Positions 1 to 9,861 of a stretch of 64,000 nucleotides of DNA are shown here, one piece after another. The stretch spans positions 1,984,001 through 2,048,000 of the forward strand of contig OZ240219.1 of assembly GCA_965197645.1 (NCBI GenBank). Direction: 5' to 3'. Both the position numbers and the translations under genes were made by a program. The notes under the pieces are model-generated. The model was not told the DNA's origin. It saw only the letters and a list, made by a program, of their open reading frames with translations, and did not search any database. How positions within the stretch are numbered: position 1 is the stretch's first letter; each line of letters opens with the position of its first letter. The stretch comes from Dehalococcoidia bacterium. GTDB taxonomy: Bacteria; Chloroflexota; Dehalococcoidia; Plut-88900.

Positions 1-277
1 CGTCCTTCTCGGTGGAAGCAGTCAGCATGAGCACCCTGACGTCCTCCAGGGCGTCTATGATCTCGCGGCACGCATCTATCCCGTCCCTGCCCGGCATCAG
101 CACGTCCATGATGATGAGGTCCGGGACCACCTCCTTCGCCACCCGCTCCGCCTCCTCGCCGTCCCCGGCGTGTCCCACCACCTCGAACTCGCCGGTCCGC
201 TCCAGCAGCTGCTGGAGACCGTCACGCATGACCGGGTGGTCATCCACCAGCAAGACTCTGGTCGGGGTCGAAGTCAT
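1..277 (-). CDS. NarL/LuxR-family response regulator (3' end runs off the window)
   Basis: Manual translation from ATG at 277: MTSTPTRVLLVDDHPVMRDGLQQLL...DLIIMDVLMPGRDGIDAC...VLMLTAS, a receiver domain. Starts 1 nt after the kinase stop; paralogous to 55200-55853. Confidence 0.9.
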   Translation of the reverse strand, partial: MTSTPTRVLLVDDHPVMRDGLQQLLERTGEFEVVGHAGDGEEAERVAKEVVPDLIIMDVLMPGRDGIDACREIIDALEDVRVLMLTASTEKD

Positions 278-278
278 T

Positions 279-1496
279 TTAGCTCCCTCCTCTCATATGC
301 CTGTAGGGAAGCTCGCAGGTCACAGTGGTTCTCCATCCGGACCCGCCTGTCTCCACCACCAGCCTGCCGCCCAGCCGCTCGGCGTCCTCCCTCATGTTCC
401 TGAAGCCCTGGCCGCGCGTTGCGTAGTCATCGGGAAGACCGGTCCCATCGTCGCAAATCGACATCCGCAGTCCGTCGCCCTCGAAGTCGAGGCCGACGCG
501 GACGTGACTCGCATGGGAGTGGCGGAGGGCGTTGGTCAGGGCGTTGAAGGCGATGGAGAACAGCGCCCCCCGCGTTGCGATGGGCAGGGGCGGTTCGACG
601 CCCGTCTGCACCATGTCGGCGGGAATGGAGGAGATGGTCGAGAAGGTCGCCGCCAGCGACTCCAGCACCCCGCCAAGCTCCATCCCCTCGAAGATCTCCC
701 CGATCTCCATCGGGTGCCTCATCTCCCACATCGCCGACCTCGACAGGGCTGAGGTCTCGTCGAGCGTCGACATCAGCTCCTCGTTGGACCGGTCGGCAAG
801 CTCCTTCGCCCTCTCGATGCCCATCCCTATCAGGTAGGCGGACTGGGCCATCGTGTTGTGGATGGCGTGGGAGAGCTCGATGCGCTCCCGTTGAAGCGTC
901 CGCTCCCGCTCCACCGCCTCCATCCTCCTGATCCGCTCCACCCTGGAGATCAGGTTGACGACCACCACCACGGTGTACATCCCGGCAACCCGTATGAGCA
1001 GTATCTCCTCGTCATTGGCTGAGAAGTCCAGCCGGGGCTCCACCGCGAGGCAGAGGGCCGCGTAGACGGCCGCCGCCATCGTGACCCAGACGAGGGTGAG
1101 CCTGACCGACCCGAATACCACCGCGAACAGGGCGAGGGACGGGTAGTACCCCACGAAGAAGGGAGACTCGAACCCCCGGTGCGCCGCAACGCCGCCGCTG
1201 AGCATCGCCAGGTCCAGGGCGCTCAGCGCGAGCATCCACCGCCAGGACACGGTCCTCTCCGTGGCGAGCCGGTAGTGGAGGTATCCGTTGGTGGCGAACA
1301 GCAGTATTGCAAGGGCCACGTTCGGCGCGTACACCACCTCGTCGACGTTGAGCGGGTACAGCCAGGCGAACGCGGCAATAGACCAGACGAACCAGCGTCC
1401 CCAGACATAGACCCTAGCCACGCGGCGCAGTTCGCCCGGCTCCGGCAGGTCGAAGCTGTGCAGGAAGGCCGGAAGTGCGCTGGCCGCTGTGCTCAC
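279..1496 (-). CDS. Membrane sensor histidine kinase (HisKA_3/NarX-like, HATPase)
   Basis: Several N-terminal TM helices, H-box AIHNTMAQ, N-box NALTNALRH, G-box DDGTG. Paralog of 53981-55198. Confidence 0.9.
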   Translation of the reverse strand: MSTAASALPAFLHSFDLPEPGELRRVARVYVWGRWFVWSIAAFAWLYPLNVDEVVYAPNVALAILLFATNGYLHYRLATERTVSWRWMLALSALDLAMLSGGVAAHRGFESPFFVGYYPSLALFAVVFGSVRLTLVWVTMAAAVYAALCLAVEPRLDFSANDEEILLIRVAGMYTVVVVVNLISRVERIRRMEAVERERTLQRERIELSHAIHNTMAQSAYLIGMGIERAKELADRSNEELMSTLDETSALSRSAMWEMRHPMEIGEIFEGMELGGVLESLAATFSTISSIPADMVQTGVEPPLPIATRGALFSIAFNALTNALRHSHASHVRVGLDFEGDGLRMSICDDGTGLPDDYATRGQGFRNMREDAERLGGRLVVETGGSGWRTTVTCELPYRHMRGGS

Positions 1497-1712
1497 TGGA
1501 TTCAGGACTCTTCTCCATCAGGTTGGATTACGGCAGATCGCGGCTGGAATGTGATATGTTCCTCTACCGGGAGCGGCGGCCTCAGCCTCGAAATGAGAAG
1601 GTCTAAATAGGCAAAACCCGCCAGGTGGAAATACCCGTCCAGCAGTCATTCATATCCTAGAATTTAGTCCAATGAACTGAAGGCATCAAGGGCGTATGAA
1701 CCACACCGCTTA

Positions 1713-1744
1713 TAGGCATGTGTCTATGCCATGGACTCTAGGAT
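1713..1744 (+). promoter_or_regulatory. Palindromic operator TAGGCATGTGTCTA followed by a candidate -10 (TAGGAT)
   Basis: 14-bp imperfect palindrome in the divergent intergenic region, matching the boxes at 4964-5036. Confidence 0.45.
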
Positions 1745-1937
1745 GTGGCCGGATTTCGGCGTACTGTTGTGGAAACTAGCTGATTCGTGCTCCTCATATA
1801 GGTTGAGGCTTATCACGTTGCCTTCTAGAATGCAGCGACATTTACCGTAGCGGGACCCACATGATGATGGAATACGATAACACGGACACAATCGTTATGA
1901 TGGGCGAGACCGGCGCGACGATCCAGCAGGTGCCGGA

Positions 1938-2369
1938 TTGATTCGGACCGTCCTGCTCATCGGGGTCGTGGCTCTCGCCGCAGTGGTCATGACCGGGTGC
2001 GAGCGTTTGTTTCCTGACGTCGAGGACTGGATTGCCGACTCGGAGACGCTCGCACGACGCTTCGACGCCCGGCTGGGCGACCTGAAAGAGTGCGTCGAGG
2101 AGGACAGCTGCGAAGAGGCGCTTGATGCGGAGAGAGGCGTCTTCGTCATGTGCTCGTGGGTCATGTCGCGTGGAGATCTTGCTCCGGAGGGTTTCGAGGC
2201 GGCGGAGTGGCCGCGGTTCGACACGCTCTGCGAGGGGCTGGAGGGGGTGCTGGAGCTGCCGAAGGCGGGCGCGCTCCTGCGCATTGAGGACCTCCAGGAT
2301 GAGACAGGCCGCATCAGTGAGGGAATCCGTGACGACATCGAACCCCGAGAGCGGGAAAAGGCGGAATGA
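1938..2369 (+). CDS. Hypothetical lipoprotein
   Basis: Hydrophobic signal peptide with lipobox VMTGC; acidic helical mature part. Confidence 0.65.
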   Translation: MIRTVLLIGVVALAAVVMTGCERLFPDVEDWIADSETLARRFDARLGDLKECVEEDSCEEALDAERGVFVMCSWVMSRGDLAPEGFEAAEWPRFDTLCEGLEGVLELPKAGALLRIEDLQDETGRISEGIRDDIEPREREKAE

Positions 2370-2825
2370 GACGAAGGTCAGGAACTGGTTGAGACTGCCT
2401 AGCGCCCATCGGAATGGATGTCACCGTGGGCACCATCCCCGGAGTCCAGCATCAGTTCCGACAATAGCCACCGGCCCACTTTTCCCCATAGCCGTCCCAA
2501 GGTCTCGCGAGGTCACCCTCAACCTCACTCGCGTCCCGCCATCGTCCCTTATGAGATCAGGAGCCACATCACACATTCAGACATCCTTTAGGACCCTGTC
2601 AATGCCGAAGCCGAGGGGCTCGGCAGTTTCACGGGCTGCCCAGCCACATCCCGAAACCCTTCTACCTGTCATCCACGTTGACCTACCTGGAAAGGTCCGA
2701 ATAGGTATCCAGGCCTGCCGCTTCCAAATATGCGGTTCTTATGACGCTTGCCGGGATCGAGCGGACTCTCGTGCAAGGGGGCAATTCACGGCCCGGAGCC
2801 GGATGGGTCGCCCCCTTTGAGCAAT

Positions 2826-4421
2826 ATGCTCAAGCTATATCCACGAAAGGGCCGCCAATTGGCTTTCGCCTTCGGCTTGCGAGACAGCCTGCTCAAAACC
2901 CTTCACCCGACCGCGCGGATTGCGCTGTCGTGTTTGATGGCCGTAGCCGTGATTACGGCATGTGACAAAGGAGATATGCCTGCTCCGACTCAGGAGCCAA
3001 CAGCCACCACGACGCGGGAACCGACGCCCACGCCAATTCAGACCACCCGTCCCGGCGCGGCAGGGCTGGACGACCCTCTATTTCCCGAGCTGGGCAACGG
3101 CGGTTATGACGTTTCCCGCTACACGGTGACCCTCGACATCGACGTGGGAGCCAACGAGATCTCGGGCCGGGCTCGAATCGAAGCCGACGCTACACAGAAC
3201 CTCTCCTCGTTCAATCTGGACTTTCGAGGCTTAATGGTTACGCAGGTCGCCGTGGATGGCCGCCCAGCCGACCACTCTCGCGCCGGATACGAGCTGACAA
3301 TCGAGCCCGGTGCGCCAATCCCCGCAGGAACGACCTTCAAAGCCACGGTCTCTTACGAGGGTCAGCCTTCGACCAGCTCCGTGCCTGGAACAAGTCTCCT
3401 GACAGGCTGGATAGACTACGAGACCGGGATAATTGCGTACGGCGAACCCTGGGGAGCGTCGCACTGGTTCCCAGTCAATGAGCATCCATCCGATAAAGCC
3501 CTGTACACCTTCATCATCACCGTGCCCGAGCCCTATGAAGTGGCCTCAAACGGCGAATTGACCAGTACCACCGACCACGGGGAGACTGTTACGTACGTAT
3601 GGGAAAGCATCCACGAGATGGCCAGCTATCTAACGTTCCTGGCGGTCGCTCAGTTTGACGACGTCGCCGATGAAAGTCCTGGGGGGATAACCGTCGTTGA
3701 CTCGGTGGAAACGTCGATAGACGAATCAGCAAGGGATAGTCTGGACAGCGTCCCTTTGATAGTCGATTTCTTCAGTGAACTGTTCGGGCCATATCCATTC
3801 GAGTCCACCGGCTCCGTCGTCATCGACGAGGCGATTCCGCCGCTGGAAACCCAACCCCGACCCGTCTACGGGATACGGGCCCTGGAGAACTTCGGCGACA
3901 GGTTGATAGCCCACGAGTTGGCGCACCAGTGGTTTGGGAACCTGCTTACTCCCGCGTCGTGGCAGGACTTGTGGCTGAACGAGGGGTTCGCCACCTACGC
4001 TGAGTGGCTGTGGCTGGACCACAAGTCCGGCGGCGGCTGTTTCGAGGAGTTCTGGGAGATGGTCTGGCGACCTGTCTATGGGCCGCCGGCGAATCCCGAC
4101 CCCGACACCCTTTTCAGCGGCAGTGTGTATGCGAGAGGCGCAATGGCCCTCCACGCACTGCGCATTGAAATCGGCGACGAGGCGTTTTTCAAGACTCTGC
4201 GTGAATATATTTCCCGCCACGCCGGGGGTAACGTGACAACCGAGGACTTTGTGGTCGTGGCTCAGGAGATGGCGGGCAGGGAACTGGACGACCTTTTTGA
4301 TTCCTGGCTCTTTGGTGAGACCACTCCTCCTCCGCCGGGAATGAACGGCGGTCTGGGCAATCAGCCAACTCCTTCTCCAGGTCGGGCTATTGGGGAGAGG
4401 TGTCTACACGGACATCGGTAA
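2826..4421 (+). CDS. M1-family (gluzincin) metalloaminopeptidase, probable lipoprotein; start codon uncertain
   Basis: HELAH...WLNEGFATY zinc motif, GNGGYDV N-terminal motif, VYARGA; lipobox-like AVITAC followed by a Pro/Thr linker. Confidence 0.85.
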   Translation: MLKLYPRKGRQLAFAFGLRDSLLKTLHPTARIALSCLMAVAVITACDKGDMPAPTQEPTATTTREPTPTPIQTTRPGAAGLDDPLFPELGNGGYDVSRYTVTLDIDVGANEISGRARIEADATQNLSSFNLDFRGLMVTQVAVDGRPADHSRAGYELTIEPGAPIPAGTTFKATVSYEGQPSTSSVPGTSLLTGWIDYETGIIAYGEPWGASHWFPVNEHPSDKALYTFIITVPEPYEVASNGELTSTTDHGETVTYVWESIHEMASYLTFLAVAQFDDVADESPGGITVVDSVETSIDESARDSLDSVPLIVDFFSELFGPYPFESTGSVVIDEAIPPLETQPRPVYGIRALENFGDRLIAHELAHQWFGNLLTPASWQDLWLNEGFATYAEWLWLDHKSGGGCFEEFWEMVWRPVYGPPANPDPDTLFSGSVYARGAMALHALRIEIGDEAFFKTLREYISRHAGGNVTTEDFVVVAQEMAGRELDDLFDSWLFGETTPPPPGMNGGLGNQPTPSPGRAIGERCLHGHR

Positions 4422-4603
4422 CAGCCCCACGGTCCAACTATATCTTCACCACGCCGCTCGTCAGCTACCCGATGCCAGATGGAGGGAGGCGGGAAAAGGC
4501 GGAGGCATGATTGTGAGGGACGGAGGGCAGGGTGCTGGCGGAACCTTTCTTGAGTCACGCTGCCCCGGCCCACCACAATTGCCGGGGAGGGCCTTGGTGG
4601 AAC

Positions 4604-4686
4604 CTCACAGAGCCCCAACCACATCTCGAAGACCGTTCTTTCTACCGTCAAAATAGGCTCACCAGACTTGATGAAGTCAAGAACCT
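4604..4686 (-). repeat. att-like / serine-recombinase C-terminal tail scar, copy 1
   Basis: Minus strand reads VLDFIKSGEPILTVERTVFEMWLG; DNA similar to 14574-14635 and 21860-21910. Confidence 0.5.
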
Positions 4687-4963
4687 TAACCTTGGGGGTC
4701 AGGTTGGCGGTGTATTTTGACGCCGACCTTGCCCCGCTGGCGGTCCGCCGAGAATCAGAGGCAGGCCGACAGGTTACGGAGCTAGCAGCGATGAGGCCCC
4801 TGCTGTAACGACGGGGCCTTTGGCTTGTTTCAGACTGCCGCCGACGCCCCCCGATCCCTCCCCATTCCCTCTGATAGGCGATGCGGGTCCGATTGAGCGT
4901 CCAAGTGGTTTGCTGACTACGCTGGGCTGAGACCTGCCGCGGCATGGACATAGAGGCCCCTCG

Positions 4964-5065
4964 TAGTCATTTGCCTATGCAATTCCTATAGACAAATGTC
5001 TAGATAAATGCCTAGAGCAAAATAGACATTTGCTCCTTACATCCGGCCTGGAAGCTCAGTACGAT
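4964..5065 (+). promoter_or_regulatory. Four TAGRCA-N2-TGYCTA-like boxes followed by promoter TTACAT-N17-TACGAT
   Basis: Boxes at 4964-4977, 4989-5002, 5001-5014 and 5023-5036; -35 at 5037-5042, -10 at 5060-5065. Confidence 0.6.
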
Positions 5066-5164
5066 GGGCCAGGATGCAGCGGCAGGCGGTGGGAGAACCA
5101 CCTGTTGCCACTCCCTAACCATCACCAACCGTTCTATGCAATAGAATAGAATTAGGAGGACAAG

Positions 5165-5593
5165 ATGCAACTTCGAGTTGCAGGTTTGGCAACAGGAGCG
5201 CTCGGCGCTGTTCTGCTGGTGATTGGCGCGCTTCTCCCCTGGCTAACGGTGCATGACCAGTCACACAATGGGCTAGACTTGGAGGACGGCTGGCTCACCG
5301 TAGGACTAGGGGTAGCGGCTTTGGTCATCCTGTTGTTGGTTACCATCTTCGGGCGGACTGGGAGATGGATGGCCCTCATAGGTGGCTTTCTGGTCTTGGC
5401 AATGGGCGTTCTCAACACATTCGCAGCGGTGATAGATATGGATCTCGGCACCGCTGACGCGCTCCTAGGCGCCTCCGTTGCTTATGGGCTGTATGTTGTC
5501 CTTATCGGGGGCATCCTTATGGGGCTCGCGGGCTTGGCCCTTCTCGTCTTAGGAGCCAAGGGTAGTCTCGGCCGGACAGCTTCCTCCTCCTGA
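5165..5593 (+). CDS. Small membrane protein (about 4 TM)
   Basis: Strong RBS AGGAGG; four hydrophobic segments. Confidence 0.75.
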   Translation: MQLRVAGLATGALGAVLLVIGALLPWLTVHDQSHNGLDLEDGWLTVGLGVAALVILLLVTIFGRTGRWMALIGGFLVLAMGVLNTFAAVIDMDLGTADALLGASVAYGLYVVLIGGILMGLAGLALLVLGAKGSLGRTASSS

Positions 5594-5748
5594 CCCGGGT
5601 GGAAGGCATGACAAGGCCGTCCAGCCCAACTCCTCCTTCCGGGAGGTCCCAGTTCGGAAACTCTCTAGTTCACCCGCAAGCTGGAGCACGCCGGCGCCTT
5701 CAAGTCCCCGCTCGGGGCGGAACGGCGTCAGAGTCGTCTCCATTACCG

Positions 5749-5905
5749 GCAGGCCCGCGGGTTGACCGCACTCGGAGATGCCAAATCGGCGCAAGTAGAG
5801 TTTGCTTCGGTCAGCGCCGGGTGGCTCCACACCTGCGGGGTGAGGACCGACGGCACCGTCGGATGCTGGGGCCGCAGTAATTTTGGCCAAGCTTACCCAC
5901 CTAAT
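5749..5905 (+). pseudogene. Remnant of an RCC1-repeat gene (linker plus one blade)
   Basis: DNA resembles the 13491-13560 linker and the last repeat (SVSAGWLHTCGVRTDG..CWG) of 11742-14405; no start or signal peptide. Confidence 0.65.
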
Positions 5906-5968
5906 CCAAAGGTCAAGTGATGAGGATCCAACAAGTTTCAAGTTAGGGGCGTTAAGGACGTGAAAGCA

Positions 5969-7345
5969 ATGTCAAAGTCAATCATTGGTCTGGTGCTGAG
6001 CATCGCGGTTCTCGCCACCCTGCTAACTGGATGTTCCGATGAGCCAGATCCCATTCCTTCAAACGGGACCGATTCTAGTCCCACTACCTCATCGGAGCAG
6101 GGGATCAATCCGGAACCAACACATGCCCCCACATCGGCTGTGACAAACACCGCCGCTCCGGAAGCCGCAACGCCCTCAGAAACGCCGACTGTCACCGCAC
6201 GGGAAGCGGCGACGCCCACACCTGCCGCTCTCCCAACCGCCACGGCAACGGCCGCAGCCACTGAGCCATATCCCGTTCCTTTGTGGCAAGGGCCTTTTTT
6301 CGATCTGATGAAACTCATCCCGTTAACCCAGGACAGCCGTGCCTTCGTTTCAATTAGCGATTACACCCTCGCACGGGAAGCAAACGGCATTCAGGCCCCG
6401 GCGGAGGACGCCAACGCCGAGGACCTGGAAGAATACCTGCGAGAGCTCCAACTAACAGGACTGGCCGGAGGGCCCTGGATAAGTGGATTCACACGTGAAT
6501 CCATGGCTCAACTAGAGCAGAAGTACCTGGGCTTCGGCGTGGGAGACGTCGAGCGGAGTATCCTGGTTGGAGAACCACCCTACACCCTGGAGGCGGTAAG
6601 TGGCCGCTTCGATCCCGAGACCACCGATGCATCCCTCGCCGCCTGCGCCGAGTGCGATAAGCCCGACGTACAAGAACACTTGGGAGTGAAGTTCTACAGC
6701 TGGGGAGAGGACTACAAGCCAGACTTCAAGAAGAGACTGCAACCCCCGGCATACGATGTATTAGGCAGAGGCGGCCGGATTGCCGTTCTGGACTCTGTTG
6801 TGTTCAGAACACTTGGGACTGCGGGCATGAGGTCGCTGATCCGCACCTATGGTGGAAACGGAGACTCCCTCGCAGACGACCCTGACTTGGCGTTGGCTGC
6901 TGGCGCATTACAGAATCTCGGCGTCTATTCGGCATTACTGGCTGGGGACGTGGAGAGGTTTACCGACCCTCTTGATTCCCTCCTCAGCGCCGAAGAGCAG
7001 GAACAGCTACAGAAAATGATGGACCAACTACAGATGGAAGCAGGAACTACCTCGGATAAGTACAGCGTCCTGGGGGCGGGCGTTGCAAAGGATGCGGACG
7101 GCTTTGTCACGATCTTGGTCTTTGTCTACGAGGACGAGGGTGCGGCAAGCCGCAGCGTGCAGGACTTCGAGGAGAGGTTAGCCAACGGGCGGAGCATGTT
7201 AACGGAGCAGCCCTGGACCGAATACTTCCCAGAGGGTGAGGTATGGAATGACGGGAGGGCGCTGATCGCCAGGTTGCGCACCGAGCACCCCCGGATCTGG
7301 GAGCAGATGGTGTTGTCTGTGGATTCCCTGCTGTGGCAAGAATAG
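5969..7345 (+). CDS. Lipoprotein of unknown function
   Basis: MSKSIIGL...LLTGC lipobox, Pro/Thr/Ala linker, unrecognised globular domain. Confidence 0.8.
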   Translation: MSKSIIGLVLSIAVLATLLTGCSDEPDPIPSNGTDSSPTTSSEQGINPEPTHAPTSAVTNTAAPEAATPSETPTVTAREAATPTPAALPTATATAAATEPYPVPLWQGPFFDLMKLIPLTQDSRAFVSISDYTLAREANGIQAPAEDANAEDLEEYLRELQLTGLAGGPWISGFTRESMAQLEQKYLGFGVGDVERSILVGEPPYTLEAVSGRFDPETTDASLAACAECDKPDVQEHLGVKFYSWGEDYKPDFKKRLQPPAYDVLGRGGRIAVLDSVVFRTLGTAGMRSLIRTYGGNGDSLADDPDLALAAGALQNLGVYSALLAGDVERFTDPLDSLLSAEEQEQLQKMMDQLQMEAGTTSDKYSVLGAGVAKDADGFVTILVFVYEDEGAASRSVQDFEERLANGRSMLTEQPWTEYFPEGEVWNDGRALIARLRTEHPRIWEQMVLSVDSLLWQE

Positions 7346-7410
7346 CTGAGGTGCAAGACGTAGCTGCCGCACCCGTTCGGGGCGTCTGAACGGAATTGGG
7401 TATCCGAACC

Positions 7411-7439
7411 TTACATCCGGCTTGGAGGCTCACTACGAT
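7411..7439 (+). promoter_or_regulatory. Duplicate promoter TTACAT-N17-TACGAT
   Basis: ttacatccggcttggaggctcactacgat is nearly identical to 5037-5065. Confidence 0.55.
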
Positions 7440-7540
7440 TTAGGTTGGCGAGGGCTGCTTTTCGGGCGGCAAGCCTTGTCATGGGCGCCGAAAAGTCCAG
7501 GCAATCATACGGCGTTAGGAGATAGGAGAAAGGAGCGAAA

Positions 7541-9760
7541 ATGTCGAAGTCCATTACAAGCAGTGTGCTGCTCGCGGGCGCGATACTCCTCGCCATTCTC
7601 CTGCCCGGATGTTCCGATGAGCCGACCCCTTCGCCGGTGGCCAAGATTACTCCTAGCTCCACGGCCACCGCAACCCTGACGCCAGCTCCCATAGCTACAC
7701 CATCACCCGCTCCTACGGCAACGGTCACCGCAACCCTGACGCCTACGGCTACTCCTACACCCACTCAGACCGCGATGCCCACGGCCACTCCGACGCCCGT
7801 TCCGACTGCAACACCGACCGCCACGCCCACTCAGACCGCCACGCCCACAGCCACTCCGACGCCCACTCCAGTTCCCACGGCTACACCCACTCCGACTCCT
7901 ACACCAACGCCAACTCCCACGCCTCCTCCCGATCTAGTGATTGACACTCCAACGCTGAGCGACAGCAGTCCGATGACGGACCAAGCCCTCACGCTAAGAG
8001 TCACCGTGGGGAATCGGGGCAGCGGTCCCTCGGGGCCCACTACGCTCACCTACTACCGCTCCGACGACTCGACGATCACGCCCGCCGATACCGAGGTGGG
8101 CACGGACGGGGTTGCCGGGCTCGGTGCATCGGAGAGCGGCGCAGAGTCAATCCTCACCTATGCGCCGTCCACACCGGGCGCCTATTACTACGGCGTCTGC
8201 GTGGACTCGATGCCCGGCGAGTCCGATACAACCAACAACTGCTCCGCCGTGGCGGCTGCAACCGTTTCGGAGTTCGACATTGACAATCTTCCGTGGGTCG
8301 CCGACGAAGTAACCGGCGACGAGCGGCAAGCGATGGACCACATTCGCGTCCTCGCTACAATCGACCGTTCGATGGCCCAGCGAGTAGCGGGCTCACCGTG
8401 GCTCTCCGACGGAGTAACCGAAGATGAGCTGCGGATGTTGGATGACCTCCTTGACTTGGCCGGAGTCCACTCGGAAATAGCCGTCTTGGTGACAACCGCG
8501 CCCGATGAGACAGGGCGTCTCATTGAGGCCTTCCTGTCTTCACTGCAATGGATACTCTCCAGTGACCCTGGCAGGTCGGAGCAGTTCCTGGGTCAACCAT
8601 GGTTCCAAGATGGGCTGACGGAAGAGGAGGCTGCGCTGATCGTAGTGTTGCAAGACGCCGCGGATTCAGAGGACGTATTCCGGGACCTCCTCCAGGGTGG
8701 CCATGTGCGGTCGGACACGATCTCCCTGCCCCTGGCTGGTGAGGTGGACCTGTTTGCAGTCGGCAGGTCGGAGCTGTGGCTGGAGGGAACACTTGAAAGA
8801 ATGGCTTTCGCAGTCGAGTCGATGGAGGCTTTCATGGGCACACCCTGGCCACAGCCCGACGTCATCGTGCTTCTGGAACTCGAAAGTGACATGGGTTATG
8901 GCGCAGCCGGGTGGAACTCCGGCACTCACGTTGTGGCGAAGAACACGTCCAAGGATCTCACCTACCACGAGTTGGCCCACTTCTATTTTGGCGGCAACGT
9001 TCCGTGGTGGTTATCAGAAGGCTCGGCGGACTTCCTGATGCTCCACATCAATCGGTTGACCGGAGACGAATTTCCCTTTGGCTCTCTCTATATCCATGAC
9101 CAGATTCGCATACTTGAAGTGTGCGCTCCTCATGGCTCAGCCAATGTCCAGGGGTTCATCGAGACCGGGACGGGGGACTCCTATTGTCCGTATCTGCTTG
9201 GGCGTCAGTTCCTGGCGGGAATGTATCGAACCCTAGGGCATGAGGTGGTTTCGTCAGCTCTGCGGGAGTTATACGAGACAGGTGAGGGCATTGGCAGGAC
9301 CGCGACGGAAGACGAGATTTACCGGGCGTTTCTGACGAACACCCCGTCATCGCAGCGGAATGACTTTCAGTTCTGGTATCACTGTCTTCATGGCCGCTCA
9401 ATTCCCGGCTATACCGCTGCAACCAAGCCCGCGGCCCCGCCCGACAACAGAGGCGCACTGGTTGCGCTCTACAACGCCACCAACGGTCCGGGCTGGAAGA
9501 ACAGTGAGAACTGGCTGAGCGAGGCTCCCCTCGACGAATGGCATGGCGTGGCCACCGACTGTGACGGCTCTGTTATTGGGCTGAAGCTGATAGAGAATCA
9601 GTTAACCGGCCCTATACCGCCGGAATTGGGCAGGCTATCCAATTTAATAGAGCTAAACCTCTGGGGCAATCAGCTGACCGGCTGCGTGCCGGCAACACTG
9701 AAGGTCAGCGAAACCAACTACACAGAAGGACTGGGTTTGGAGGTCTGCACGGACTCCTAG
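7541..9760 (+). CDS. Lipoprotein: Pro/Thr linker, CARDB-like domain, gluzincin metallopeptidase, short LRR tail
   Basis: Lipobox LLPGC; PDLV...VTVGNRG (CARDB-like); YHELAH...WLSEG; [15 protein letters not shown] cap and [12 protein letters not shown]. Confidence 0.8.
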   Translation: MSKSITSSVLLAGAILLAILLPGCSDEPTPSPVAKITPSSTATATLTPAPIATPSPAPTATVTATLTPTATPTPTQTAMPTATPTPVPTATPTATPTQTATPTATPTPTPVPTATPTPTPTPTPTPTPPPDLVIDTPTLSDSSPMTDQALTLRVTVGNRGSGPSGPTTLTYYRSDDSTITPADTEVGTDGVAGLGASESGAESILTYAPSTPGAYYYGVCVDSMPGESDTTNNCSAVAAATVSEFDIDNLPWVADEVTGDERQAMDHIRVLATIDRSMAQRVAGSPWLSDGVTEDELRMLDDLLDLAGVHSEIAVLVTTAPDETGRLIEAFLSSLQWILSSDPGRSEQFLGQPWFQDGLTEEEAALIVVLQDAADSEDVFRDLLQGGHVRSDTISLPLAGEVDLFAVGRSELWLEGTLERMAFAVESMEAFMGTPWPQPDVIVLLELESDMGYGAAGWNSGTHVVAKNTSKDLTYHELAHFYFGGNVPWWLSEGSADFLMLHINRLTGDEFPFGSLYIHDQIRILEVCAPHGSANVQGFIETGTGDSYCPYLLGRQFLAGMYRTLGHEVVSSALRELYETGEGIGRTATEDEIYRAFLTNTPSSQRNDFQFWYHCLHGRSIPGYTAATKPAAPPDNRGALVALYNATNGPGWKNSENWLSEAPLDEWHGVATDCDGSVIGLKLIENQLTGPIPPELGRLSNLIELNLWGNQLTGCVPATLKVSETNYTEGLGLEVCTDS

Positions 9761-9861
9761 CCACCCCAGAACTTGAGATGGCCAGGAAAGAGACTGTGAC
9801 TCGCGGGAGGTTACCGCCTCCGACTAATGAGGAGGCAGGCCCACTTAAGGACGTGAAAGCA

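Noticed and set aside
5749-5905. Template repeat of a diversity-generating retroelement
   Set aside because: No reverse transcriptase in the window, and the differences from the RCC1 gene are not adenine-specific.
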